Source of the DNA: Candidatus Poseidoniales archaeon
GTDB taxonomy: Archaea; Thermoplasmatota; Poseidoniia; Poseidoniales; Thalassarchaeaceae
NCBI GenBank assembly: GCA_003602515.1
Contig: QQSB01000062.1
Location: forward strand, 927 to 61,320
Length of the DNA stretch: 60,394 nt
Direction: 5' to 3'
In this document: piece by piece, positions 10,366-19,818 of the stretch
How the letters are laid out: the number at the start of each line of letters is the position of its first letter
Numbering within the stretch: position 1 is the first letter of the stretch
The notes under the pieces: generated by a model
What the model was told of the DNA's origin: nothing
Seen by the model: only the letters and a program-made list of their open reading frames with translations
Databases searched by the model: none
Position numbers and translations under genes: made by a program

Positions 10366-10983
10366 ATGGTCCGAATTAACAGAGTTCACACCGGGTCCGG
10401 GGACGGGGGTGAAACTTTCCTTCTAGACGGAAAGAAAGTTGGGAAGGAAAGCCTTCGAGTTGGACTGTTCGGAACGATTGATGAGTTGAATTCACAGGTG
10501 GGCGTGGTAAGGATGGAGTTCGGAAGAATGCCGGGGGTTACCAGATTCCATCGTCCCGATGAGGCCGACGAGGCGTTGATGAGGGTGCAACAGGAGCTCT
10601 TTGATCTGGGTGGTGAGTGTGCATGCACCCCAGGTAAACTTCCCGAACAAATGGCTCTAGTTGGAATGGAGCAGTGCGATCGATTGGTGCAGGAGATGGA
10701 TGATTGGATCGAAGATCTGGCCCCACTGGAGTCATTCATACTGCCAATGGGGTCCGCACCGGTAGCCTTCCTTCATGTGGCTAGAACTGTAGCTAGAAGG
10801 GCGGAAAGAGAGGCTTGTGGACTTAGGGAAGCGGAAGGAGATGGCTCTGTCAGAGATGAGGTGATATGCTATCTGAATAGAATCTCAGACTGGCTTTTTG
10901 TTATGGGACGATGGATAGCAAAGAACACGGGAGAAATTGAGGTCCTGTGGACACCACTTGGGAAGAGAGAGTCCAAATCATAG
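10366..10983 (+). CDS. pduO: ATP:cob(I)alamin adenosyltransferase, PduO type
   Basis: VHTGSGDGGET, GTIDELNS, QQELFDLG, FILP.G, LHVARTVARRAER, YLNRISDWLF. Confidence 0.92.
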   Translation: MVRINRVHTGSGDGGETFLLDGKKVGKESLRVGLFGTIDELNSQVGVVRMEFGRMPGVTRFHRPDEADEALMRVQQELFDLGGECACTPGKLPEQMALVGMEQCDRLVQEMDDWIEDLAPLESFILPMGSAPVAFLHVARTVARRAEREACGLREAEGDGSVRDEVICYLNRISDWLFVMGRWIAKNTGEIEVLWTPLGKRESKS

Positions 10984-11412
10984 GTTTCGACCTATTGAGC
11001 GGAGATGTTCCCGTGCCGAGCGGAGAAGTTCCTTCTCTTGCTCAAAGGTGATCAGATCCTCTGCATCGTCCAGCTGAAGCCAGAGGTAATTGGTGTGTTC
11101 GTGTGAGAGATGGACATCAATTTCATCTGTTTCTGCTAGGTACCAGAAAACCTGCTTAGGAGTCTCTCTACCCCTCCTAGCATATGTGTACTCGGTCTTT
11201 TCACACCATGAGTCATCTATGCTGACTTCCGAGATTCCGGTCTCCTCTGTGAGTTCGCGAAGTGCGGTTGAATGATGATCTGAGTCCGCCTTCTCGACAT
11301 GCCCCTTAGGGAAGCTCCAGTGCCCTTGTGGGTACTGCAGTAGCAAAATGCTGTCGAAGTTTAGCAGGATGAAACCGCAAGAGGTCTCGAGTGAACCGGG
11401 TCTGCTCTGCAT
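10978..11412 (-). CDS. NUDIX hydrolase, bis(5'-nucleosyl)-tetraphosphatase-like
   Basis: SCG, GHWSFPKGHVE, ALRELTEETGI Nudix box, LSHEH..Y.W. Confidence 0.85.
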   Translation of the reverse strand: MQSRPGSLETSCGFILLNFDSILLLQYPQGHWSFPKGHVEKADSDHHSTALRELTEETGISEVSIDDSWCEKTEYTYARRGRETPKQVFWYLAETDEIDVHLSHEHTNYLWLQLDDAEDLITFEQEKELLRSAREHLRSIGRNL

Positions 11413-11492
11413 TATCGAGCATGTTGTGGTTGAGGATGAAAACCTTCCGTGGATATGTTTCTTAATTCCGAAACCACCATTGGTGTAGCCAT

Positions 11493-12482
11493 TTGCCCAT
11501 GGACGTGGCGGAGGGCGTCTTCGATCTGGAAATTAGGCGAATTGTCACTGATAGCGACCTTGATGGTGTTGTTACCGGTGCCATTCTTCGTCGATGGTGG
11601 ACGGATGCAGAGGTCATCTTCGGTCACCCAGGGGAGTTGAGAGCAGGAGTTTTCGACGATATGATTGATCGCTGGACCGCTATTTGCGATCTTCCGATGC
11701 ATCGTAATTGTGGCCTGAGTATCGACCACCATCAATCGAATAAACCAGAGGAGGATGTTGGAGGTCCAATGGTAATCTGGAGAGAGAGCCCGTCTGCAGC
11801 TAGGATTGCGCACGACGTCTTCTCAAAACGAGTTGCCCTCGATGATTTACAGAGTCTGCTAGAATGGGTGGACAAGCTCGATAGTGGTGCGATTTCGCAC
11901 GAGGAATATCTATCCGACAACCCGGTCCTATGGCTCAGCAGAGTCATCGACGCTGGAGATGGGGTTGCGATGAAGGTGCTCGAATTTCTTCAAGTTGGGG
12001 TCACTGTCGACCAGATTCTGTCTGATCCGGAAATTTCGGATATCATTATCCATAAAAAAAGAGAGATGGATGAGCTCATTGCGGCCATTCGAGATGGCAT
12101 GCTAATTGAGGATAGGATGGCAATCGTAAGACTGGATGGAACTGGGATCCGGTCAAATGGGTACCAAGTTACTGCTATGGCAGGCGACAAGTGTGATGCT
12201 TGCATGGTGATTCACGGGGAATTGGGTGCAACGTTTGGCGAAGGGAGTAATTATCCCGTCTCGGCATCATTCTACACCAATTCGTTCCTTCACCGAAGTG
12301 GTGGAATATACGACTTGACAGCGTTAGCAACTCGTTTCGATCCAGACGGAGGAGGGCATGCAAATGCGTGCGGATGCCGCATAAAGCCAATCGAGGACCA
12401 AGAGATTGAAGATAGAGAGGTTTCGAAAGAAGATGTATCAAGAAACATTGCAGCCTGGCTTCAGATGTGGTCTGAGCGTTAG
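11493..12482 (+). CDS. DHH/DHHA1 family phosphoesterase (nanoRNase/exopolyphosphatase-related)
   Basis: TDSDLDG, CDLP, IDHH, SAARI, GGGHANACG motifs. Confidence 0.85.
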   Translation: MPMDVAEGVFDLEIRRIVTDSDLDGVVTGAILRRWWTDAEVIFGHPGELRAGVFDDMIDRWTAICDLPMHRNCGLSIDHHQSNKPEEDVGGPMVIWRESPSAARIAHDVFSKRVALDDLQSLLEWVDKLDSGAISHEEYLSDNPVLWLSRVIDAGDGVAMKVLEFLQVGVTVDQILSDPEISDIIIHKKREMDELIAAIRDGMLIEDRMAIVRLDGTGIRSNGYQVTAMAGDKCDACMVIHGELGATFGEGSNYPVSASFYTNSFLHRSGGIYDLTALATRFDPDGGGHANACGCRIKPIEDQEIEDREVSKEDVSRNIAAWLQMWSER

Positions 12483-12498
12483 TAGGTATGCGAGTTTG

Positions 12499-13149
12499 TC
12501 ATGCCTTTTTCCATACTGCTCGGTATCGTTTTCCTTCCGTCTCAGGGATGAACGCAGAGTGTTTCTCGATCTCTTCCAGACCCTCACCTATCTGATTGAG
12601 GAAATCCCAAGTCAGTGGCCAAGGAGGTCCGCTAACCTCTATGTCAGATTCTTCCACTAGCCTCCCTATGCAGACCAGAGACCCTCCACTTGCTAGCAAG
12701 GGTGCTAGATTTGGGGATGCTCTTTTCCTGATCTCCTCAGGGATTGCCTGCAGAATGTGCACTTCCACCACTAAGTCGAACATGCCGAGCCAGTCTTGTT
12801 TGGGATTCAGCAAGTCGCCGACAGCCCAATCAATATCAGTATCTTGATGCAAATGTCGAGACCACTCTACAGCTTCCTCGGAGATATCGAAAGCGGTTAC
12901 TGACCATCCATTTTTCCATAGAAAGGAGGCATCCTCGCCCAATCCCGAACCGACGACTAGAGCTCTGCCTGATGCTTCATTCTCGTTTGACCACTCTACC
13001 AAGAATGGGTGCGGTTCCTTCCAATCCCAAGGAATCTGCTCCCTATCTCTTTTTGAGTGCCGATAAAGGTCCTCGAACCAGGATAGGGGTTGCTCTAAGG
13101 ACTCAGCTTTTCTTACCATTTCAAGCATTCTTTCTCGGACTTCGTCCAT
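12499..13149 (-). CDS. Class I SAM-dependent methyltransferase (thiopurine S-methyltransferase-like)
   Basis: IPW, ALVVGSGLGEDA, VTAFDIS, FDLVVE, GPPWPL. Confidence 0.8.
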   Translation of the reverse strand: MDEVRERMLEMVRKAESLEQPLSWFEDLYRHSKRDREQIPWDWKEPHPFLVEWSNENEASGRALVVGSGLGEDASFLWKNGWSVTAFDISEEAVEWSRHLHQDTDIDWAVGDLLNPKQDWLGMFDLVVEVHILQAIPEEIRKRASPNLAPLLASGGSLVCIGRLVEESDIEVSGPPWPLTWDFLNQIGEGLEEIEKHSAFIPETEGKRYRAVWKKA

Positions 13150-13159
13150 TTTACCAAGC

Positions 13160-14401
13160 CTACATGTGGGAGACTACTGCGTTTCCGAAATCTGAGCATG
13201 AAAGGAGAGTCGCGTCATCCATCAGTCTCTCGAAGTCATAAGTTACCGTCTTTGAGGAAATCGCCCCCTCCATTCCCTGGACAATAAGATCTGCCGCTTC
13301 GGCCCACCCCATGTGCCTAAGCATCATCTCTGCTGATAGGATTAGGCTTCCTGGATTGACCTTGTCCTGGCCTGTGTACTTGGGTGCAGTTCCATGGGTT
13401 GCCTCGAAGATTGCGATTCCTGTATCGTAGTTGATATTGGCACCTGGGGCGATTCCAATTCCTCCGACTTGAGCCGCTAGTGCATCTGAGATATAGTCGC
13501 CATTGAGGTTCATGGTAGCAAGTACGCCATATTCCCTTGGCCGAGTTAGAACCTGCTGAAGCATTGCGTCTGCTATCACATCCTTCACAGTAATCGTGGT
13601 TCCAGTATTGGGGTTGTCGAATGTGCACCATGGCCCGCCATCGATCTCTGTGGCTCCGAACTCATCCTTTGCTAGCAGGTATCCCCAGTCTCGGAAACCT
13701 CCTTCTGTAAATTTCATTATGTTGCCTTTGTGGACCAGGGTAACCGAGTCCTGGTCGTTATCTACAGCGTATTTTATCGCCGCCCTAACAATTCTATCTG
13801 TCCCCTCTTTGCTGATGGGCTTGATTCCTAGTCCTGCAGTGTCCGGGAATCTGATTTTGTCTACTCCCATTTCCTTCTGAAGGAAATCTATCACCTTTCG
13901 AACTTCTTCGCTACCTGCCTCCCACTCTATTCCGGCATAGACGTCTTCGCTGTTCTCTCTGAAAATTATCATATCCACGGCACCCGGATCCCTGACTGGG
14001 CTGGGAGTCCCCTGGAACCATCGAACAGGCCTAACACATGCAAATAGATCCAATTGCTGTCTTAGAGCAACGTTGAGACTTCTAATTCCACCGCCCACCG
14101 GAGTAGTGAGTGGCCCTTTGATTGAGATGAGCCCGTCCCTCATTGCTTGCTTGGTTTCTTCCGGCAACCACTCTCCTGTCGCATCAAATGCCTTCTGTCC
14201 AGCTAGCACTTCCGACCAACTAATTCTCCTCTCGCTCGCATAGGACTTTTGGACTGCACTGTCGACCACATTTATCATCACCGGAGTTATATCAATACCA
14301 ATACCATCTCCTTCTATGTAGTGAATTTCGGGGTTGTTTGGGACTGTCAATTGCCCGTTCGAAATTGAAATTCGTTCGCTATCAGACATGTCTCTCGCCA
14401 C
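13160..14401 (-). CDS. icd: NADP-dependent isocitrate dehydrogenase
   Basis: [59 protein letters not shown]. Confidence 0.97.
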   Translation of the reverse strand: MARDMSDSERISISNGQLTVPNNPEIHYIEGDGIGIDITPVMINVVDSAVQKSYASERRISWSEVLAGQKAFDATGEWLPEETKQAMRDGLISIKGPLTTPVGGGIRSLNVALRQQLDLFACVRPVRWFQGTPSPVRDPGAVDMIIFRENSEDVYAGIEWEAGSEEVRKVIDFLQKEMGVDKIRFPDTAGLGIKPISKEGTDRIVRAAIKYAVDNDQDSVTLVHKGNIMKFTEGGFRDWGYLLAKDEFGATEIDGGPWCTFDNPNTGTTITVKDVIADAMLQQVLTRPREYGVLATMNLNGDYISDALAAQVGGIGIAPGANINYDTGIAIFEATHGTAPKYTGQDKVNPGSLILSAEMMLRHMGWAEAADLIVQGMEGAISSKTVTYDFERLMDDATLLSCSDFGNAVVSHM

Positions 14402-14462
14402 TCCGACCCGAGAGGCATAGATGAAGCCAACCCTTCAAGGGGATGGGTTGTGTCGAGAGGGT

Positions 14463-14855
14463 ATGAACGGCGAAGTGGTTTGGACTGAAGAGGAAGGATA
14501 TGTCGGAACCACAGGCAGAGGGAAGAGGTTCGGAATTTATGGAACTGATACTCCTAGTCCCATGGAAATGGTTCTGCATGGCCATGCTGCCTGTTCTCTG
14601 ATTGACGTAATCGACGGGTTGAAGCATAGAAAGGAAAATGTTGATTTCATCAAGGTGGAGATTGAAGCTGATAGGGCAGACGAGACCCCCAAGGTTTTCA
14701 CATCGGTAAGAATGCAATACATAGTCAAGGGTGATGTTCCGGAAACCCTCGTAAAGCGGCTTATCGAAAGCAGCCATGAAAGACACTGTAGTGTCGGCAT
14801 CATGATTACTCGTTCGGGTGCCAGCCTAGAGTGGGATCTGGAAATGCAATCATAG
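14463..14855 (+). CDS. OsmC-like family protein
   Basis: SPMEMVL..AAC...DV and HCSV (two conserved Cys); SD GAGAGGG before ATG 14463. Confidence 0.85.
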   Translation: MNGEVVWTEEEGYVGTTGRGKRFGIYGTDTPSPMEMVLHGHAACSLIDVIDGLKHRKENVDFIKVEIEADRADETPKVFTSVRMQYIVKGDVPETLVKRLIESSHERHCSVGIMITRSGASLEWDLEMQS

Positions 14856-14974
14856 AAGAACAGGCAAGATTTTTCACGGTTTCAAAAAATGGAACTGTCA
14901 TTTTTTTCATCAAAATAGCCATCTCTATGGTGACTTCGATACTAAGCATTAAACACCCCCCATTCGGAAGCGCA

Positions 14975-15023
14975 ACTCCCTTGTACATACGGGACCATTC
15001 CCGACTGGTACAATATGGGAGGT
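14975..15023 (+). promoter_or_regulatory. Putative nrdJ 5'-UTR hairpin sequestering the Shine-Dalgarno
   Basis: CTCCC-TTGTAC...CGGGA-ccat-TCCCG...GTACAA-tat-GGGAG nested inverted repeats; ATTAAA TATA-like element at ~14948. Confidence 0.5.
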
Positions 15024-15031
15024 AATGAAGA

Positions 15032-18000
15032 ATGCAGACGAAAATTAAGTCCTCAGGAGATGGCTCTGACGTAGAGAAGGGGTTAGTCGTTGAGCGTAGA
15101 TTCACGTCTGCAGACCAAGATCCATTCGAGTCATTCGACTGGATTGACATGGACGTCGAGATCAGGAATCCTGACGGTTCCATGGCTGACTCGATAGAGG
15201 GGGTGAAGTTGCCCTCGGGGTTCTCAGGAATCCCTGGGAAGGTTTGCGCTCAGAAGTATCTGCGCAAGGCAGGTGTTCCGAAGCACCTTCGAAACGTTCC
15301 TGAAGATGGAATTCCCATCTGGCTACAGCGAAGTGAGCCAGATCACGAGCGGTTGCAGTCAATCGATGCTGCTGAAAGAATGGGTGGTGAGACTGATGGA
15401 AGGCAACTCTTCCGTCGACTCGCAGGGACCTGGACCTACTGGGGCTGGAAGTACGGCTACTTCGCAAGCGAGGCAGATGCCCGTGCGTACTTCGATGAGA
15501 TGTGCTATCTGATTGCTAGTCAGAGATCAGCACCAAACAGCCCCCAGTGGTTCAACACAGGCCTACACTGGGCCTATGGAATTGAAGGTCCGCCACAGGG
15601 TCACAGTTTTGTCGATCCGGAGACGGGTGAAGTCGGGCTATCCACTAGCGCATACGAGCATCCCCAACCCCATGCTTGCTTCATTCAGTCCGTCTCAGAT
15701 TCTCTCGTCGGCGGTACTGATTCAATAATGGGACTTTGGAATCGTGAGGCACTTCTTTTCAAGTATGGTTCTGGGACCGGTTCTAACTTCTCCAACATCA
15801 GGGGGGCAGGTGAACCACTCTCCGGCGGCGGTACCTCGAGTGGTTTGCTGTCATTCCTAAAGATAGGGGACAGGGCTGCAGGCGCGATAAAATCGGGTGG
15901 AACTACAAGAAGAGCTGCGAAGATGGTTACCTTGGACCTAGATCATCCCGACATCGAAGAGTACATCGATTGGAAGCCAACGGAGGAGGAGAAGGTTTCC
16001 GCCCTGGTAATCGGTAGTGCAATTCTGCAAAAGCATGCAGATTCGATAATGGAGTCAATTTGGTCATTTGGGGATGACGAAGGCAGATTCAGCCAAAAAA
16101 CAAACCCTGGACTGAAGAAGGCGATGGTCCGTGCCATAAACGATAGTGTTCCACAGGCTCATATTCAGAGAATACTAGACCTAGCCGAGCAGGGCTGGAA
16201 GGGTTTGGAGTTTGATTCCCTAGACACGGACTGGCAGGGAGAGGCCTATGCCACTGTTTCAGGGCAGAACAGCAACAACTCAGTTAGGGTCCCCAACTCA
16301 TTCATGGATGCGGTAAAGTCTGGTGGAGAATGGAGCCTCTACTTCAGAACAGAGAGAGAGGCTGCAGCAGATGAGGATAGGGACCCAATGCCCTACAAGA
16401 CTCTGGATGCGGGAGCATTGTGGGATAAGGTCGCATACACAGCCTGGGCGTGTGCCGATCCTGGCGTCCAATTCGACACTACGATCAACGAATGGCACAC
16501 GTGTCCAGAGGCTGGGAAAATCAACGGATCAAATCCCTGTTCGGAATACATGTTCTTGGATGACACTGCGTGCAATCTGGCCAGCATCAACCTTCTTCAC
16601 TACTACGATCTAGACACTCACAAGTTTCAGATCGAGGACTTCAAGCACAGCGTCAGACTCTGGACCACTACGCTGGAGATTAGCGTCCTCATGGCACAGT
16701 TCCCATCTGAGTCGATTGCAAAGGGGTCATATGACTACAGGACGCTTGGTCTTGGATACTGCAATATCGGATCGCTACTGATGCACATGGGGATCCCCTA
16801 TGATGATGAGCGGGCTTACGCCATTTGTGGAGCGTTGACCTCGATAATGTGTGGCGAGAGCTACGCCACTAGCGCGGAGATGGCATCCGTACTCGGGCCA
16901 TTCCCCGACTACGAGAGGAATGCGGAGCACATGCTCAAGGTAATGCGCAACCACAGGAGGGCCGCATACGATGCACCCGAGTCTGAGTACGAGGGCCTGA
17001 CGGTCCCACCAATGGGGATCAATTCGAAGAAGTGTCCCAAGGATCTCTTAGACGCAGCCAGGAGCTGCTGGGACCGGGCCCTGATGGATGGCGAGGAGTA
17101 TGGGTTCAGGAACGCCCAGACCACTGTGATAGCTCCGACTGGGACAATAGGACTGGTGATGGGTGCAGACACCACAGGTGTAGAGCCCCAGTTCTCGCTC
17201 GTACAGTACAAGACGCTCGCCGGTGGAGGATCTCTGAGAATCATCAACCACGGAGTCCCCAATGCCCTTAGCAGGCTAGGTTATTCTGAGAGCGATGCTC
17301 TCGCTATTGAGGAGTATATCATGGGAACCAAGAGGCTTGGTGACTGTCCTAGTATGCCTATTCAGAGATTGAAGGAAGCCGGATTCGATGACGCTCTTCT
17401 CACATCGATCGAAGGGAAGCTAGGGGACGTCTTCGACTTGAGGTCTGCCTTCGCCCCATCCATCCTTGGCGAGGAGTTCTGCGTAGGAAAGCTCGGAATG
17501 ACGAAGGCCCAATTTGGAGACTCGTTCTTCGATACCCTAGGATTCATCGGACTCAGCGGACAGGAGATTGACTCTGCGAATGACCACATCTTCGGATACA
17601 ACACGATAGAGGGGGCACCGGGTCTGAAGGACGAGCACCTCGCTGTTTTCGACTGTGCGACCCCCTGCGGTAAGTACGGTAAGAGATCGATCGCCTGGGA
17701 TGCGCATGTCAAGATGATGGCAGCGGCCCAGCCCTTCATCTCCGGAGCGATCTCGAAGACCATCAACATGCCTTCTGATGCTTCGATAGAGGACGTTAGG
17801 GAAGCCTACAACCTCAGTCACGCCACTATGAACAAGGCCTGTGCTGTTTACAGAGACGGTAGCAAGCTGTCACAGCCGCTGATGAGCCAACTAGTTGACT
17901 CAATGGATCTTGAGGAAGGGGAAGGGGAAGAGTCAGTCGTTGAGAAGATGGTGCAGGAGGCCGCCAGTGCCCTACCTCTACCGGAGCCAGTGGCCATGCC

Positions 18001-18667
18001 AGTCGCAAAGGCGCTTGTCGAGAACTATATCGCCTCCAAGAGGCCTCTCCCACACAGGAAGAGGGGAGCGAACTTCAAGGCTAGAGTAGGTGGTCACAGC
18101 GTACGTCTTATCACCGGGGAATACGAAGACGGGAAGCTCGGTGAGATCTTCCTGCTGACCTCAAAGGAAGGCGCCGCTTGGAGGGCGCTCCTGTCTCAGT
18201 TCGCGATCGCGGTGTCAATCGGGTTGCAGCACGGGGTACCCATAGATGCCTTCGTGAAGTCATTCACCTTCACTAAGTTCGAGCCCAGCGGGATGATAGA
18301 GGGTGGCAGCGGACGAGTGAAGATGTCCTCGAGCATCATCGACTGGGTCTTCCGCGAGCTAGCGATCGAGTATGCTGGCAGGAACGATCTTGCTCATGTC
18401 CCTCTGGAGGAAGAAGATCTGGACCCGTTCTCAATCAGCAGGCCCGAGGTGACCGAGCAGGGACTGGCCCGCAGCCAGGGCGAGAGACGAGAGGTCCAGA
18501 TGACCTTAGAGGCCGCTGTTGGTGATGTGGATTCGAGGACGAGGCAGGCTGCGAAGGAGAGGGGCTTCACTGGGGACATCTGTGACGATTGTGGCGGTAG
18601 TCAGATGGTCAGGAACGGGACTTGCCTCAAGTGCAACGAATGTGGCTCCACCACTGGCTGCTCTTGA
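15032..18667 (+). CDS. nrdJ: Adenosylcobalamin-dependent (class II) ribonucleotide reductase
   Basis: PNSPQWFN, HACFIQSV, SNPCSEY thiyl Cys, IAPTGTI, GAISKTIN, C-terminal zinc ribbon and TTGCS. Confidence 0.96.
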   Translation: MQTKIKSSGDGSDVEKGLVVERRFTSADQDPFESFDWIDMDVEIRNPDGSMADSIEGVKLPSGFSGIPGKVCAQKYLRKAGVPKHLRNVPEDGIPIWLQRSEPDHERLQSIDAAERMGGETDGRQLFRRLAGTWTYWGWKYGYFASEADARAYFDEMCYLIASQRSAPNSPQWFNTGLHWAYGIEGPPQGHSFVDPETGEVGLSTSAYEHPQPHACFIQSVSDSLVGGTDSIMGLWNREALLFKYGSGTGSNFSNIRGAGEPLSGGGTSSGLLSFLKIGDRAAGAIKSGGTTRRAAKMVTLDLDHPDIEEYIDWKPTEEEKVSALVIGSAILQKHADSIMESIWSFGDDEGRFSQKTNPGLKKAMVRAINDSVPQAHIQRILDLAEQGWKGLEFDSLDTDWQGEAYATVSGQNSNNSVRVPNSFMDAVKSGGEWSLYFRTEREAAADEDRDPMPYKTLDAGALWDKVAYTAWACADPGVQFDTTINEWHTCPEAGKINGSNPCSEYMFLDDTACNLASINLLHYYDLDTHKFQIEDFKHSVRLWTTTLEISVLMAQFPSESIAKGSYDYRTLGLGYCNIGSLLMHMGIPYDDERAYAICGALTSIMCGESYATSAEMASVLGPFPDYERNAEHMLKVMRNHRRAAYDAPESEYEGLTVPPMGINSKKCPKDLLDAARSCWDRALMDGEEYGFRNAQTTVIAPTGTIGLVMGADTTGVEPQFSLVQYKTLAGGGSLRIINHGVPNALSRLGYSESDALAIEEYIMGTKRLGDCPSMPIQRLKEAGFDDALLTSIEGKLGDVFDLRSAFAPSILGEEFCVGKLGMTKAQFGDSFFDTLGFIGLSGQEIDSANDHIFGYNTIEGAPGLKDEHLAVFDCATPCGKYGKRSIAWDAHVKMMAAAQPFISGAISKTINMPSDASIEDVREAYNLSHATMNKACAVYRDGSKLSQPLMSQLVDSMDLEEGEGEESVVEKMVQEAASALPLPEPVAMPVAKALVENYIASKRPLPHRKRGANFKARVGGHSVRLITGEYEDGKLGEIFLLTSKEGAAWRALLSQFAIAVSIGLQHGVPIDAFVKSFTFTKFEPSGMIEGGSGRVKMSSSIIDWVFRELAIEYAGRNDLAHVPLEEEDLDPFSISRPEVTEQGLARSQGERREVQMTLEAAVGDVDSRTRQAAKERGFTGDICDDCGGSQMVRNGTCLKCNECGSTTGCS

Positions 18668-18730
18668 TTTGTTACCCTATCTACCCTGGTGAGTCAGGAG
18701 TGATCACTGATTGTCTCTCAGCCAATGATT

Positions 18731-19657
18731 TCAGATCTCAAGTTCGATGTTGAGGTTCTGGATTAGCTCCTTGTACCTGTTCCTGATTGTTACCTCGGTC
18801 ACGCCAGCCACCTCGGCAACCTCTCTTTGGGTCCTTCTCTTTCCACAAAGCACGCTTGCGATGTAGATAATCGATGCGGCAATTCCGGTTGGACCGCGCC
18901 CACTGGTCAATTCCTTCTCCTGTGCAGCAGCTATTAGCTCGTAGGCCTTAGCCTGAACCTCTGCATCTAGATCTAGGCCAGAGCAGAACCTCGGGATGTA
19001 ATCCTCCGGCTTGGTTGGAGGTATCTTCATCCTGAGTTCACGGACCATGAAACGGTAGGTCCGGCCGATCTCCTTGCGACCGGTTCTGCTTGCCTCACCT
19101 ATCTCGTCTAGAGTTCTTGGATTCTCGCATATCCTGCATGCAGCGTAGAGGCTAGCAGCAGCTACGCCCTCTATTGAACGACCGCGGATCAGGCGTGCGT
19201 CGACTGCCTTTCCATAGGTGACTGCGGCGGTTTCTCTAATCGTCTTGGGGAGTTCCAATCGGCTAGCCATTCTGTCGAGCTCTGCTAGGGCCATGGCCTT
19301 ATTTCGCTCTGTTGCGTTGCTGACTCGGGATCTCTTCTGCCACTTCCTCATCCTGTAGAACTGGCTCCTGTATCTGCTAGAAATCGACTTTCCAGAGTAG
19401 TCCTTGTTCTGCCAGTCGATGTCTGTGGAAAGCCCCTTATCATGCAGCATAACAGTCATCGGTGCGCCGGTTCTTGCGCGCTGATCGCCTTGCTCGGGAC
19501 TGAAGACACGCCACTCAGCGCCCTGATCAATCACCTTGTCCTCAAGAACGAGCCCGCAGTCTTCACAGACAACTTCTCCCCTGGATTCATCTTTCTTCAG
19601 ATTTCGGCTTCCACATTCATCGCACTTCACGGTATCTTCAACAAGGTAATTTGACAT
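18731..19657 (-). CDS. tfb: Transcription initiation factor IIB
   Basis: CxxC...CxxCG zinc ribbon, [44 protein letters not shown]. Confidence 0.98.
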   Translation of the reverse strand: MSNYLVEDTVKCDECGSRNLKKDESRGEVVCEDCGLVLEDKVIDQGAEWRVFSPEQGDQRARTGAPMTVMLHDKGLSTDIDWQNKDYSGKSISSRYRSQFYRMRKWQKRSRVSNATERNKAMALAELDRMASRLELPKTIRETAAVTYGKAVDARLIRGRSIEGVAAASLYAACRICENPRTLDEIGEASRTGRKEIGRTYRFMVRELRMKIPPTKPEDYIPRFCSGLDLDAEVQAKAYELIAAAQEKELTSGRGPTGIAASIIYIASVLCGKRRTQREVAEVAGVTEVTIRNRYKELIQNLNIELEI

Positions 19658-19659
19658 TC

Positions 19660-19720
19660 ATCCTCACCCCCCTTTTAGCAAAAAGGTATTAAATTCGCGA
19701 AAGACATCTTATTTAAGGTT
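19660..19720 (-). promoter_or_regulatory. tfb promoter / ribosome-binding region
   Basis: AT-rich intergenic region; on the minus strand TATA-like TTAAATA/TTTAATA elements and a GGGGGTGAGG SD immediately before the ATG. Confidence 0.5.
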
Positions 19721-19818
19721 ATTATTTTGTTAAACTAGCACAAGATGAGCAGAAAGAAATTGAAACTCATTGAGAATCGTGAAATAAGAATCTGCTTTGG
19801 GGGCAAGTGAGGGGTAGA

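Noticed and set aside
14856-15031. Canonical cobalamin riboswitch upstream of nrdJ
   Set aside because: No recognisable B12-box or core motifs and too little space; only the short hairpin is reported
15032-18667. Possible intein in the long NrdJ
   Set aside because: No intein N-terminal C/S block, HN-C/S/T junction or LAGLIDADG motif seen; the length fits NrdJ with a C-terminal domain
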